Origin: an uncultured Myxococcales bacterium
Lineage (GTDB): Bacteria > Myxococcota_A > UBA9042 > CAIXZC01
DNA length: 64,000 bases
Assembly: GCA_964522395.1 (NCBI GenBank)
Contig: CAZFVN010000002.1
Location: forward strand, 43,644-107,643
Direction: 5' to 3'
Shown here: piece by piece, positions 46,609 to 56,243 of the stretch
Layout: each line of letters starts with the position of its first letter
How positions within the stretch are numbered: position 1 is the first letter of the stretch
Notes under the pieces: model-generated
Databases searched by the model: none
The model's input: only the letters and a program-made list of their open reading frames with translations
Told to the model about the DNA's origin: nothing
Made by a program: the position numbers and the translations under genes

Positions 46609-49600
46609 CTAGGGACCATTCTTGATTTGCAGTTGGTAGACCTTGCAGTTGACGGTGACGCCCGGCTTGCGATAGACCTTCACGAAGTACTTGCCCCCAA
46701 AGGTTTTGCATTTGTTCTTGTTGGGGGCCGCTACATGGCCTGTCCCTGCCGGTCCAACCGCTACTGAGCAAGGGCATTCACCCCCGTCAGTGCCGTCGTA
46801 GAAATTCACGGTCCAGTGGAAGATATCGCCATCCTTGCAAAGCAGATTCTGTACTGGGTCACAGCCATCTTTGTAGATTTGGAAGCGGAAAGCACTGGCA
46901 CCATCAACCAATTGGGCGTTCAATGTGAAGTCGTTGCAATCATCCCCGGGAGTATCCGTCGCGATAAAAACGTACCAGTCTTCGTCGTTGCCAGGGGCCA
47001 GATTGCCAAAAGTGTTGACTGCTACATCGCCCTGAGTGATGGTCCCCAGGTCATAGGCGTTCGTACACTGGTTGCCCTCATTGTCCTGGTCGACAACGTC
47101 TTCTTCACATTCGCATCCATCCCCAAAGAGGTAGTTGAGATCATAGAAATGAGTGTTGCATCCTTCGATGACGCAGGCCCCATCTTCACAAGCCGGTGTG
47201 CCATTCTTCACCTTGCCGCACATCCCAATGGCGTTGCCTTCGTCGGTTGAACCGTTGCAATTGTCATCAATGCTATTGCACTGCTCTGTGGCTCCGGGAA
47301 AAACGTATTGCTTGGTGTCGTCGCAATCCATCTTCTGCTGTGTGTTGTAAAGCTCAAAGGGAGCGCAGAGGCACTTGAAATTGTTGGAAACTCCGAACTT
47401 GTCCTGGTCGCCGTCATAGTAATGGTCCTGGCAGCCGACGGCGTTTTCCTCGTCAACGGCGCCGTTGCAATTGTTGTCTCGCTCGTCGCACAACTCTTCG
47501 GCGAACTTATTGATCTCGGGATCTTCGTCGTCGCAGTCACTGCCCGCCGGGTCCCCGTCCCCGTCAATGTCATCGTCCAGGCAGTCCTTGACACCGTCAT
47601 TGTCGGTGTCAGGGAACCCCTCATCGATGCCTCCGAGACAGTTGTTATCAATGGCATCGCACAGTTCATCAACGCTGGGATTGATGAAAAACTCCTGGTC
47701 GTTGCAGTCCCCGCCTAATACTGCAGAGTACTGGCCCTCCGGCTCGCAGGTGCACTGCGTGGCCGCGGTGATGCCAAAACCGTCGCCGTCGACATCCAGG
47801 AAGTATGGGAAACAGCCATCGGAGCCAAACTCGTCTACTTCGTCATTGCAGTTGTTATCAATACCGTCGCACAGTTCATTGGCGCCGGGGTTGGATTCCT
47901 TCTCATTGTCGTCGCAGTCACCGCCCTGGGTGGTAGTGTAAATCCCCTCGCCACCGCACAAGCACTGCCACTTGAAGCTGTTGCCGTAGCCGTCGTTGTC
48001 AGCATCCTGATAGTATGGTGAGCAGCCAGAAGAGCCATCGCCATCCACCGAGCCGTTACAGTCGTCATCGATGCCATTGCAGAGATCTTCAGCTCCCGGG
48101 TGGACGCCCTGATTGGTGTCGTCACAGTCCCCCGGCAGCATCGTCGTGTAGCCCTGCCCAGCCTCACAGAGACATTGTGAGTTTCCAGTATCTCCGTAGC
48201 CATCCAGGTCGCCATCAAAATAGAAGATTTCGCAGTCGGCGGTGCCATCATCCACGATTCCGTTACAGTCATCGTCCCAGCCGTTGCAGATTTCGGCCTT
48301 CCCGGTGTTTACGTTGGGGTTGGTATCGTCGCAATCACCGCCGTTCTTCGCTGTATAGAAGTCCTTCGGGGAGCAGAGGCATTTGGTCTCTGCGTTGTTG
48401 CCCCAACCATCTTTGTCGAGGTCGTGGTAGTAGAGGATGCAGCCCTCCGAATCTGGCTCGTCGAGGAGGTCATTGCAGTTATTGTCCTTGCCGTCACAGC
48501 TTTCGGTTTTGCCGGGAAAGATCTCCGGATCCTCATCGTTGCAGTCGCCGAAGTTCTCAGCGTCGTAGGAGCCGCTCGGCTGGCAAGTGCACTTTGTGTA
48601 GTTGAATATGCCCCACCCATCAGAATCCTCGTCGAGATAGTAGATGTTGCAGCCCAACGAACCGTCCTCGTCACTCTTGAAATTACAGTTATCGTCCTTG
48701 CCGTTGCAGTACTCATTGGCGCCAGGATAGACCTTGTCGTCGTTGTCATCACAGTCACCGGATTGAGTGGCCGAATACTCGTCCTTGGAGCCACATACGC
48801 ATTTCTTGTCTGCGTAAAGCCCGTACGTGTCGCCATCGTGGTCGCGGTAGCGGAGCACACAACCGGTGCTGCCGGCGTTGTCGACATCTTCGTCGCAGTT
48901 ATCATCGATGTTGTTGCAGATTTCCTCGGCCAGTGGATGAATGTTCGGGTCAGAGTCGTTGCAGTCACCGAATGCGACTGCGGTGAAGGGCGGGGAGCCG
49001 TCGACGCCGCAAACGCACTTCTTGAAGCCGGCGAAGCCGAAGTTGTCTTTGTCCACGTCGATGTAGAAGTTCTGGCATCCCTCAGAATCTTCAGGATCAA
49101 CCAGGGTATCGCAGTTGTCATCCACGCCATTGCAAACCTCTAGTGCTCCGGGAAAGATCGCGGCATCAGTGGGGGCGCAGTCCTGCAAGTCAGGCGTGCC
49201 ATCATTGTCATTATCTGGGTCACAGACGTCGCCAATACCGTCTCCGTCACCATCGTCCTGGAGGGGATTGGAGTTGGCCGGGCAGTTGTCGTCGCAGTCC
49301 TGAATCTCGCCCGGCAGGCAAGGGTTGTCGCCACTTTCGCCGGAGTTGTCGCCATCGTCGGGGACGCCGTCACCATCGTCGTCGCCATCACAGGCGTCAC
49401 CATCACCGTCGCCATCTACGTCTTCCTGGAGGACGTTGGGGACAAGCTTGCAATTATCGACGGGGTCCTTCACGCCATCGTTATCGTCGTCATCGTCGCA
49501 CATGTCCCCCAGGCCATCGTCGTCGTTGTCAAACTGGTCGGGGTTGGGAATTAGCGCGCAGTTGTCATCACATTCAACAACCAATGTTGGCGGTGCGCAG

Positions 49601-51003
49601 GGGAAGTTGCCATCGATGCCGTCGCCATTTCCATCTTCTGGAACATCGTCCCCATCGTCATCTTCGTCAACGCAATCGGCCAGAGAATCGAAGTCGTAGT
49701 CAGGGAAGCCGTCGTCGAAGATAGTATTGCAGTCGTTGTCCAGGCCGTCGCATATCTCGGGTTGGTTGGAATCGCCTATGCAGACCACCGCGTTGTCACC
49801 TTCGCAGGCCCAGATGCCATTGGCACAAAAGTCGATGTCATCGCCGTCACAGGGTTCCCCTTTTTCGGGCCAGGGGTCGTCGGCCACGCCGTCGCAGTTG
49901 TCATCCTTGCCGTTGCAGATTTCAATGTAGGGCGGATCGTCGACGCAGTTCATCTGACCTTGAGCGTCACACTCCCAGGTTCCCTCAGCGCAGAGGTCAT
50001 CATCTTCTGGGTTGTCGCACTCCTCACCTAACCCCAGGAAGTCCTCATCGACTTCGCCGTCACAATCGTCATCTTCACCGTTGCATTGTTCGGGGCCGGG
50101 GAAGGGAGCTGGACAGAGCCATCCATCCGGACCCTGGCATACTTCATCTGCCGTGCAGGCGCCGAACTCGTTTTCGTTAGCGCACTCCTCTCCAACCAGC
50201 TCTTCATCCTTCTCGCCATCACAATCATTGTCGTTGCCATCACACACTTCTGGACCAGGGATTTCGGCGGAACATTCGCTCCACCCTGCGGCACCATCAC
50301 AGAGCCTCTCGCCAAAGCACTTGCCGAACTCATTCTCCTCTGAGCAGTCCTCCTGAGCGCCATTGAGTTCGCCGAGGCAGATACAGGAGCCGCTCTCCGG
50401 CAGACACTGGGCGAAGGTCTCATCGTCCACCGTCATTTCCTGGCAACTGTAGTCCTCCGGGCAGAGGCCTTCTTCCCCACAGGCAATGGCACAGCGAAGA
50501 TCACCGGCATTGCCTACGGCCAGACAGCGATCTTGAGGCGAACCACACTCCTTGTCTTCTTCGCAACTCTGGCAGAGGTCGGTTTCGGGTGGGGAGCAAA
50601 GATAGATGATGTCAGAGCCGACGTCTTTGCTCGTGCATTTCCAGTTGAGGGGGCACTCCGTCTCACAGTTGATGGTGCAAACGTCACCATACTGCTCAGT
50701 CGCGACGCAGTAGCTTGAGAGACAATCATCAGCCTCTTTGCAAGGCCAAAGGAAACCACCTTCTTCAGTGATAAGTTCGATCTCGGAGACCTGGATATCT
50801 AGATCTTCGAGCCACCAGAGTTCACTGATATCAACTATATCATCGGGGACAATGATGGTTGTATCGCTAGGTGGGGTCACCACCGAATCCATGATTCCGA
50901 CATCCTGAACGTCAAGGTCCCTGGAGGTCTCCTGTCCTGGGGTTGAGCAGGCCGAAATGAGGAGGACGAAGAGGGAGCGAAAAAGAGAGCGTGCTGTGAT
51001 CAT
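46609..51003 (-). CDS. Giant cysteine-rich lipoprotein of about 1464 aa. It holds EGF-like Cys-rich modules, thrombospondin type 3 Ca-binding repeats, about 10 MopE-type putative metal-binding repeats and a C-terminal PPC-like domain.
   Basis: The likely start is ATG 51003 (MITARSLFRSLFVLLISAC, lipobox LISAC). The track ORF extends to 51183. Repeated ~70-aa modules read GC..YY.D.D.DG.G...C.C...Y...GDCDD.D..V.PGA.E.C.G.DDDC.G..DE. There is also a CDDNCPANSNPLQDDGDGDGIGDVCDPDNDNDGTPD TSP3 consensus. Confidence 0.8.
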   Translation of the reverse strand: MITARSLFRSLFVLLISACSTPGQETSRDLDVQDVGIMDSVVTPPSDTTIIVPDDIVDISELWWLEDLDIQVSEIELITEEGGFLWPCKEADDCLSSYCVATEQYGDVCTINCETECPLNWKCTSKDVGSDIIYLCSPPETDLCQSCEEDKECGSPQDRCLAVGNAGDLRCAIACGEEGLCPEDYSCQEMTVDDETFAQCLPESGSCICLGELNGAQEDCSEENEFGKCFGERLCDGAAGWSECSAEIPGPEVCDGNDNDCDGEKDEELVGEECANENEFGACTADEVCQGPDGWLCPAPFPGPEQCNGEDDDCDGEVDEDFLGLGEECDNPEDDDLCAEGTWECDAQGQMNCVDDPPYIEICNGKDDNCDGVADDPWPEKGEPCDGDDIDFCANGIWACEGDNAVVCIGDSNQPEICDGLDNDCNTIFDDGFPDYDFDSLADCVDEDDDGDDVPEDGNGDGIDGNFPCAPPTLVVECDDNCALIPNPDQFDNDDDGLGDMCDDDDDNDGVKDPVDNCKLVPNVLQEDVDGDGDGDACDGDDDGDGVPDDGDNSGESGDNPCLPGEIQDCDDNCPANSNPLQDDGDGDGIGDVCDPDNDNDGTPDLQDCAPTDAAIFPGALEVCNGVDDNCDTLVDPEDSEGCQNFYIDVDKDNFGFAGFKKCVCGVDGSPPFTAVAFGDCNDSDPNIHPLAEEICNNIDDNCDEDVDNAGSTGCVLRYRDHDGDTYGLYADKKCVCGSKDEYSATQSGDCDDNDDKVYPGANEYCNGKDDNCNFKSDEDGSLGCNIYYLDEDSDGWGIFNYTKCTCQPSGSYDAENFGDCNDEDPEIFPGKTESCDGKDNNCNDLLDEPDSEGCILYYHDLDKDGWGNNAETKCLCSPKDFYTAKNGGDCDDTNPNVNTGKAEICNGWDDDCNGIVDDGTADCEIFYFDGDLDGYGDTGNSQCLCEAGQGYTTMLPGDCDDTNQGVHPGAEDLCNGIDDDCNGSVDGDGSSGCSPYYQDADNDGYGNSFKWQCLCGGEGIYTTTQGGDCDDNEKESNPGANELCDGIDNNCNDEVDEFGSDGCFPYFLDVDGDGFGITAATQCTCEPEGQYSAVLGGDCNDQEFFINPSVDELCDAIDNNCLGGIDEGFPDTDNDGVKDCLDDDIDGDGDPAGSDCDDEDPEINKFAEELCDERDNNCNGAVDEENAVGCQDHYYDGDQDKFGVSNNFKCLCAPFELYNTQQKMDCDDTKQYVFPGATEQCNSIDDNCNGSTDEGNAIGMCGKVKNGTPACEDGACVIEGCNTHFYDLNYLFGDGCECEEDVVDQDNEGNQCTNAYDLGTITQGDVAVNTFGNLAPGNDEDWYVFIATDTPGDDCNDFTLNAQLVDGASAFRFQIYKDGCDPVQNLLCKDGDIFHWTVNFYDGTDGGECPCSVAVGPAGTGHVAAPNKNKCKTFGGKYFVKVYRKPGVTVNCKVYQLQIKNGP
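47300..49080 (-). repeat. Coding tandem repeats: about 10 MopE-like CxxxDDDCDGxxDE-containing ~70-aa modules within the 46609-51003 gene.
   Basis: Recurrent CNGKDDNCN, CDGKDNNCNDLLDE, CNGWDDDCNGIVDD, CNGIDDDCNGSVDG, CDGIDNNCNDEVDE and CDAIDNNCLGGIDE, each preceded by GDCDD/GDCND and C.C. The coordinates are approximate. Confidence 0.6.
49190..49670 (-). repeat. Thrombospondin type 3-like Asp-rich Ca-binding repeats, coding, within the 46609-51003 gene.
   Basis: DNCALIPNPDQFDNDDDGLGDMCDDDDDNDGVKDPVDNCKLVPNVLQEDVDGDGDGDACDGDDDGDGVPD...CDDNCPANSNPLQDDGDGDGIGDVCDPDNDNDGTPD matches the DxDxDGxxDxxD...DNCPxxxNxxQxDxDxDGxGDxCD consensus. The coordinates are approximate. Confidence 0.55.
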
Positions 51004-51046
51004 ATTTCGTCCTCGCTGGTGGCCGGCGGCGGACCTCATCCTGGGT

Positions 51047-53188
51047 CTAGCCGTCGTTGATGCCATTGGAGAATTCGATCTGGTAGTCATCGCAGGCGAT
51101 GGCGGCCCCCGGTTTGCGGAATACTCTGATGTAGAAGTCTGCGGTTTGGCTGGTGCACTGGTGGGTCGTGGCGGAAGTGTCATCTTTGAAATTGTCAGGA
51201 GTCAGATTGTGGTCAGCGTCCGGTGCACAGGGACATTCGCCGCCGGGCGCATCAGGTTGGCCGGTTTCCGCATAGAAGTCTGTCATGTACTCGAAGAGGG
51301 TGGCCTCGCTGCAAAGATGGTCAGCCCCGGCGCAGCCGCCCCGGTAGACGTCGAATGCGTAGGCATCGTTGGGGTTCTTGAGGAGTCGCACTCGGACGTG
51401 GAAGGTGTCACAACCATCCGGATCCGGGCCATCGACCGCCTTGAACTTGTACCAGTCCGAGTCATCGACCGGCACCACCTTGCCGGTGCGGGAGGTAGAA
51501 CTGGAACCATCCCCCAGGTCGCCCAGGAATTCGGCATCGACACAGGTCTGGTTGGCTATCTCCGAGCCCTCCACCTGACATTCGCAGCCATCTGCAAAGG
51601 CCGAGTTGAGATCGTGGTAACCCTCTTCACAACTGTTGATAACGCAACCGTCCTGGCAAGCCACGTCGCCGTGGGCGATGACGCCGCAGCTTGTCACCGC
51701 TTCGCCTTCGTCAGTTTCGCCGTCACAGTCGTTGTCAACGCCGTCACAAAGTTCGACGACAGTGGGGTGGACGTCATAGTTGGTGTCGTCACAGTCGCCA
51801 CCTTTGATGGCGATGTAGTCGCCAATCTTGCCACAGAGGCATTTCAACTGGTCGGAGAGGCCGTAGCCGTCCTTGTCCTGGTCGAGATAGTAGGGGATGC
51901 AGCCCAGACCGTTTTCTTCGTCCATGACGCCGTCACAGTTATTGTCCTCACCATCACAGAGCTCTTCTGCGTCCGGGAAGGTATTGGGATTGGCATCGTT
52001 GCAGTCGTCAGCGGTCTTGGACCACTCGGAAGTCTCCTTACAGCGGCAATCGGTAATGGTGGGGTCGCCGAAGCCATCGCTGTCGCCGTCGTAGTACATA
52101 GTTTCGCAGCCGTCGGAAAAGGACTCGTCTGTATCGCCATCACAGTCATCGTCGAACTGGTTGCAGACCTCTTCAACTCCCGGGTTGACGCTGATGTTGG
52201 AGTCATCACAGTCACCACCCATGGATTCATGGTTGGCGCTGGGGGCTTCACATTCGCAGCTACCGGCGCCAATGCCGTAGCCATCTCCGTCCTGATCAAA
52301 ATACCAGGTGATGCACTTGAGTGAGTTGGGGGGGTCGATCTCCCCATCGCAGTTATCGTCGATGCCGTTGCACTCTTCTGGTTTGGGGTCCACCGCACTG
52401 CATTCCGTGAGGCCGTTGGCGTTGCAAACTCGCTCGCCGTGGCACTCGCCATACCCATTGACCTTCATGCATGTCGTGCTGGCACCCTCCTGAATGGCCT
52501 TCGTTGAGCACTCACACTCGCCGCCCGCTCCAGAGGGCACGCACTGGTGCGCGGTGCCGCCACCGTCAGTTGCGACTTCGGCGCAGACATAACCTTCCGG
52601 GCAATCGCCAGTGGCCGAGCAGTCGACCGCACAGAAGCTCCCGTTATCACCATGAGAGACGCAAAGGTCGTTGGCAGTGGAATATGCCGACTTACAAACG
52701 TCGTCTTCAGCGCAAGGATTGCAAAGGTAGACATGTTGCGGCAGGCAGATGTAGAGCACATCTGGCAGGGCCTGCTGGTCTTGTACGCATGCCCAGCCCT
52801 CTGGACAATCCTCGATGCAACCCTTCGAGCAAACCTTTCCGTCTTGCGTCTCGACGCAATAGCCGCTCACGCAATCGGAGTTATCTTCACAGTCGCAAAG
52901 GAACTCACCGGGGCCGGCACAAACTTCTACTTCGGGAGGAAGTTCCCCCGCTACGTCCGTCGGTTTCACGGTGTCAGTTCCAGTGTCGGCCGGCGGCACA
53001 TAGAACTCGTCCATGACATCGATACCGGTGTTGTCGGCGACGTCAATTGGCGTAGTGTCACCTGGTTTTACATCCCCTGGAGCTACATCTACGGATACTG
53101 CTGGACTAGACGAGCAAGCCATGGCCAAGAGCCAGACGATCAGCAGGGGCCAGCCTGCAACGACGTGATTCGAACGAATTGTCAGCAT
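51047..53188 (-). CDS. Cysteine-rich lipoprotein of about 713 aa with MopE-type repeats and a C-terminal PPC-like domain. It is a paralog of the 46609-51003 gene.
   Basis: The probable start is ATG 53188 (MLTIRSNHVVAGWPLLIVWLLAMAC, lipobox LAMAC), preceded by GGAGGGAAGG. The track ORF extends to 53629 without a signal peptide. Repeats CNGIDDNCDGEIDP, CNQFDDDCDGDTDE, CDGEDNNCDGVMDE and CDGVDNDCDGETDE. The C-terminus DDSDWYKFKAVDG...FYIRVFRKPG is homologous to the C-terminus of the neighbouring gene. Confidence 0.75.
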   Translation of the reverse strand: MLTIRSNHVVAGWPLLIVWLLAMACSSSPAVSVDVAPGDVKPGDTTPIDVADNTGIDVMDEFYVPPADTGTDTVKPTDVAGELPPEVEVCAGPGEFLCDCEDNSDCVSGYCVETQDGKVCSKGCIEDCPEGWACVQDQQALPDVLYICLPQHVYLCNPCAEDDVCKSAYSTANDLCVSHGDNGSFCAVDCSATGDCPEGYVCAEVATDGGGTAHQCVPSGAGGECECSTKAIQEGASTTCMKVNGYGECHGERVCNANGLTECSAVDPKPEECNGIDDNCDGEIDPPNSLKCITWYFDQDGDGYGIGAGSCECEAPSANHESMGGDCDDSNISVNPGVEEVCNQFDDDCDGDTDESFSDGCETMYYDGDSDGFGDPTITDCRCKETSEWSKTADDCNDANPNTFPDAEELCDGEDNNCDGVMDEENGLGCIPYYLDQDKDGYGLSDQLKCLCGKIGDYIAIKGGDCDDTNYDVHPTVVELCDGVDNDCDGETDEGEAVTSCGVIAHGDVACQDGCVINSCEEGYHDLNSAFADGCECQVEGSEIANQTCVDAEFLGDLGDGSSSTSRTGKVVPVDDSDWYKFKAVDGPDPDGCDTFHVRVRLLKNPNDAYAFDVYRGGCAGADHLCSEATLFEYMTDFYAETGQPDAPGGECPCAPDADHNLTPDNFKDDTSATTHQCTSQTADFYIRVFRKPGAAIACDDYQIEFSNGINDG

Positions 53189-53348
53189 CCTTCCCTCCCT
53201 CGACACGAGCAGCACGAGCGCGCACTTCGCGTTAGTTTGGAGTATACATTGCGCGCCTGTACGGGTCAACGAAAAGCGCCGCTTCGCTGCTGGCGTCCGC
53301 AACGCAAAGCTGGTAGCGTGGAAACCGACGAAAAAGGTGGAGGACTGC

Positions 53349-56087
53349 ATGACTGTGCACCGATGGCTTCTGCTTTTAAACACCGCGCTCCTCGTGTCCG
53401 CCTGCGGCCAGAGCGGGGATGGCGCTGTTTGCAGCACCGCGGTGAACCCCGGCGACCTCGTTATTACAGAAGTTTTTGTCGACCCGGCTGGACCGGATGG
53501 AGCAAAAGAGTGGATTGAGATCGTAAACGTCTCAAGTGTGCCGCAATGTCTCAATGGGCTCTTCGTGGAAGCCGCCGGAGCAACCGTCCGCCAGACGGCG
53601 CTTGAGGACTCGGACGACATCATCATCATGCCCAGCTCTTTTGCCGTCTTGAGCGGGGAAATGGGCCCCGTAGATGCCCTGGCTTACTGGGACACCGGCT
53701 TCGCTCTCCCCAGTACTGCAACCTCCCTTCGTCTCAAGCGCAGCAATGTTGTCATCGATGAAATTTCGTGGGGAGGCGAGGGCCAACCTTCACCTAAGGA
53801 GGGCAGGAGCCTTTCACTCTGTGCAGAATGTCTGGAGTCTAGCTGTAACGACGATCCCGACTGGTGGGCGATCGCCTCGGGAATGCCCTACGATAGTTCC
53901 GGCAACAGGGGTTCTCCGGGAACGCCGAACGGTACCTGCGCATGTCCCGCTCCTCCAGGCAGTACAGCGGTGCGGGCGCCGAAGGCCGGGGACCTTCTCA
54001 TTACTGAAATCTATGCCAATCCGCCTGGCACCGACGGCGACGCGGAGTGGTTCGAGATTCTAATCGTGGCCAAGGACGCGGCGATTGACTTCTCCGGCAT
54101 TGGTATCCGCCGTGAAATCGATGGGCCAGTAGTCGCCACCATAGATGCCGATCTCTGTCTCACCGGCACTCCGGATACCTATCTGACCCTCGGTCGAAGC
54201 CTGGACCCCGGGGCCAATGGGGGAATCACCCTCGATTATGCCTATGGCTCGGGTTTGACTCTTGCCAACGACGGCGGTTACGTGGGTCTGGTTCTCGGCG
54301 ACCAGCTTATTGCTGGCTACGCGTATGGCGAGGTGACGGATGGCCGCAGTCTCTCCTACGATGGGGGCAGCAAGGAGTGGTGCGATGGATCAATGCCATT
54401 TGGCGAAGAAGGGGGGTTTGCAACCCCCGGCTCACTCAATCCGCCATGTGGGGTGGCCACTTGCCTGCAAGGCGGTTTGCCGGTGACTGCCCAGGTGCCG
54501 TTGCCGGGTGAAGTAGAGATTGTGGAAGTGTTCCCCAATACTCCCGGCAAGGAGGTGCCAGAGCGGGAGTGGTTCGAAATCCGGGTCACCGGAGGCCGCG
54601 AGATCGATCTCAACGGACTGGAAATCTGGAACGACCCTGACGCCATCAACGCAATCCACACGATAGAGTCGGATAGCGGTGACTGTCTAAGGGTTCAGCC
54701 GGGCGGGCATGTTGTCCTCGCCCGCAGCGACATCGTCGTCCTCAACGGATTGCCGTCTGGCTCGATCATCGCGGTCTATGAAGCACTCTCCATGCAGAGC
54801 GAGGGTCACTTGCTGCTACGCTATGCCGGCAACACCATTGACGCGACGGACTGGATTCTCTCCGAGGATGGCCGGGCCGTGCAGAAGGACATCGCTACCG
54901 GTGATTGGTGCAGCGCCACCAAGAGCTACTGGACGACCCCGGAAAACAAGCTCGCGTTTGGTACTCCCGGGAGCCCCAATGAGTCCTGTGGTAGCGGTGG
55001 AACGTGTCAGTTTGGAGGTAGTCCGCGCCAACTCGTTTTGCCCTCCGAAGGGGAGTTGATCATCAATGAAGTTTTCCCTAATCCCGACGGCAACGATGTA
55101 GCTAACCGGGAGTGGCTGGAACTGGCGTTCGCTGAGTCCGCAATGGGCAAGAATCTCAACGGCATAGAACTCTTTATCAAGGGTGAGTCAAAGGGAATCA
55201 TCGGCGAGAATTCTGATGCTTGTGTCACCATTGAGAAACCCTTCCTGGTATTGGGCAAGAGTGCCGATACCGGCGTCACCGGCGGGGCCGAAATCGACAT
55301 CGTGATGGCCGGGTTGGCGCTCCCCAATAGCGACGTTAGTGTCACCTTCTCCCGGGCCCAGACCATCTACGATTTCATCTACTACAGCGATCCCGATGAT
55401 GGTGTAGCGATCCAACTGGACCCCGACTTCAAGGATATTTCTGCCAATGATTCACCTGACAATTGGTGCGATTCTCAAATAAGCTTCAATAACACTCCGG
55501 AGTTGGGTACGCCAGGGGCTGAAAACCCCTCCTGCAACGCGGTCTTCTGTATGGCTAACAATGAGGCGCAGGAACTACTTAAGCTCTATCCGGAGGAGGT
55601 TGTAATCACCGAAGTATATGCCAATCCCAAGGGAGCGGACGGTAAGAAAGAATGGTTTGAAATCTATGTTGAGCCGGGAGTAACCAAAGCGCACCTAAAT
55701 GGGGTCGGGATCATGAAGAAGGCGGGGGAGGAGCCAAGTTGGAGCTTCTCCACGTCGCAGTGCATTGAACTGGAAGGCGGGAACCACTACGTGCTCTGCC
55801 GCTCGGCCGATCCGACGGAAAACGGTGGTCTGACCGATTGCATCGAGTATGGCAGCGTCACCCTGGTCAATAGCGGTGGCGTAATCGGCCTCGGTAAACC
55901 CGGTGTGATCTATGACCTCGTGCCAGCCTATGGTGATGCCGACGACGGTGTCTCCCGCCAGCTCGACCCCGAGCATTACTCGGCAACGCAAAACGATTCC
56001 AAGGACAACTGGTGCGATACGCCCGCTTCCAGTACCTTCTCCGATGGTCGCGGAACCCCCGGCCAGAAGAATCCAGCTTGTAAGTAA
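53349..56087 (+). CDS. Lipoprotein with five lamin-tail-domain (LTD) repeats, about 912 aa.
   Basis: ATG 53349 lies after GGTGGAGGA. Signal peptide MTVHRWLLLLNTALLVSAC (lipobox). Five copies of the LTD N-terminal signature: DLVITEVFVDPAGPDGAKEWIEIVN, DLLITEIYANPPGTDGDAEWFEIL, VEIVEVFPNTPGKEVPEREWFEIRV, ELIINEVFPNPDGNDVANREWLELAF and VVITEVYANPKGADGKKEWFEIYV. Each is followed by a ~150-aa beta-rich unit with conserved CxxxxC. Confidence 0.75.
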   Translation: MTVHRWLLLLNTALLVSACGQSGDGAVCSTAVNPGDLVITEVFVDPAGPDGAKEWIEIVNVSSVPQCLNGLFVEAAGATVRQTALEDSDDIIIMPSSFAVLSGEMGPVDALAYWDTGFALPSTATSLRLKRSNVVIDEISWGGEGQPSPKEGRSLSLCAECLESSCNDDPDWWAIASGMPYDSSGNRGSPGTPNGTCACPAPPGSTAVRAPKAGDLLITEIYANPPGTDGDAEWFEILIVAKDAAIDFSGIGIRREIDGPVVATIDADLCLTGTPDTYLTLGRSLDPGANGGITLDYAYGSGLTLANDGGYVGLVLGDQLIAGYAYGEVTDGRSLSYDGGSKEWCDGSMPFGEEGGFATPGSLNPPCGVATCLQGGLPVTAQVPLPGEVEIVEVFPNTPGKEVPEREWFEIRVTGGREIDLNGLEIWNDPDAINAIHTIESDSGDCLRVQPGGHVVLARSDIVVLNGLPSGSIIAVYEALSMQSEGHLLLRYAGNTIDATDWILSEDGRAVQKDIATGDWCSATKSYWTTPENKLAFGTPGSPNESCGSGGTCQFGGSPRQLVLPSEGELIINEVFPNPDGNDVANREWLELAFAESAMGKNLNGIELFIKGESKGIIGENSDACVTIEKPFLVLGKSADTGVTGGAEIDIVMAGLALPNSDVSVTFSRAQTIYDFIYYSDPDDGVAIQLDPDFKDISANDSPDNWCDSQISFNNTPELGTPGAENPSCNAVFCMANNEAQELLKLYPEEVVITEVYANPKGADGKKEWFEIYVEPGVTKAHLNGVGIMKKAGEEPSWSFSTSQCIELEGGNHYVLCRSADPTENGGLTDCIEYGSVTLVNSGGVIGLGKPGVIYDLVPAYGDADDGVSRQLDPEHYSATQNDSKDNWCDTPASSTFSDGRGTPGQKNPACK

Positions 56088-56154
56088 ATGGCAGATACCT
56101 CTCCCAGAGCGTCGCACGGGCGTGCTTCGCGTCTATAAGATATTTCTCTTGCAA

Positions 56155-56200
56155 AGGGACGGGCGCGGATGCTAGCGTCCCGCCCAGTTCGTTGTTTGAG
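56155..56200 (+). terminator. Candidate intrinsic terminator after the LTD gene.
   Basis: GC-rich stem GGGACG(GGCGCGGATGCTAG)CGTCCC(GCCC), followed by the T-rich GTTCGTTGTTTG. The hairpin is imperfect. Confidence 0.3.
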
Positions 56201-56243
56201 ATTGCAGATGCGCGGCGCTGGCGTGGGAGCAAATCAGGAGAAG

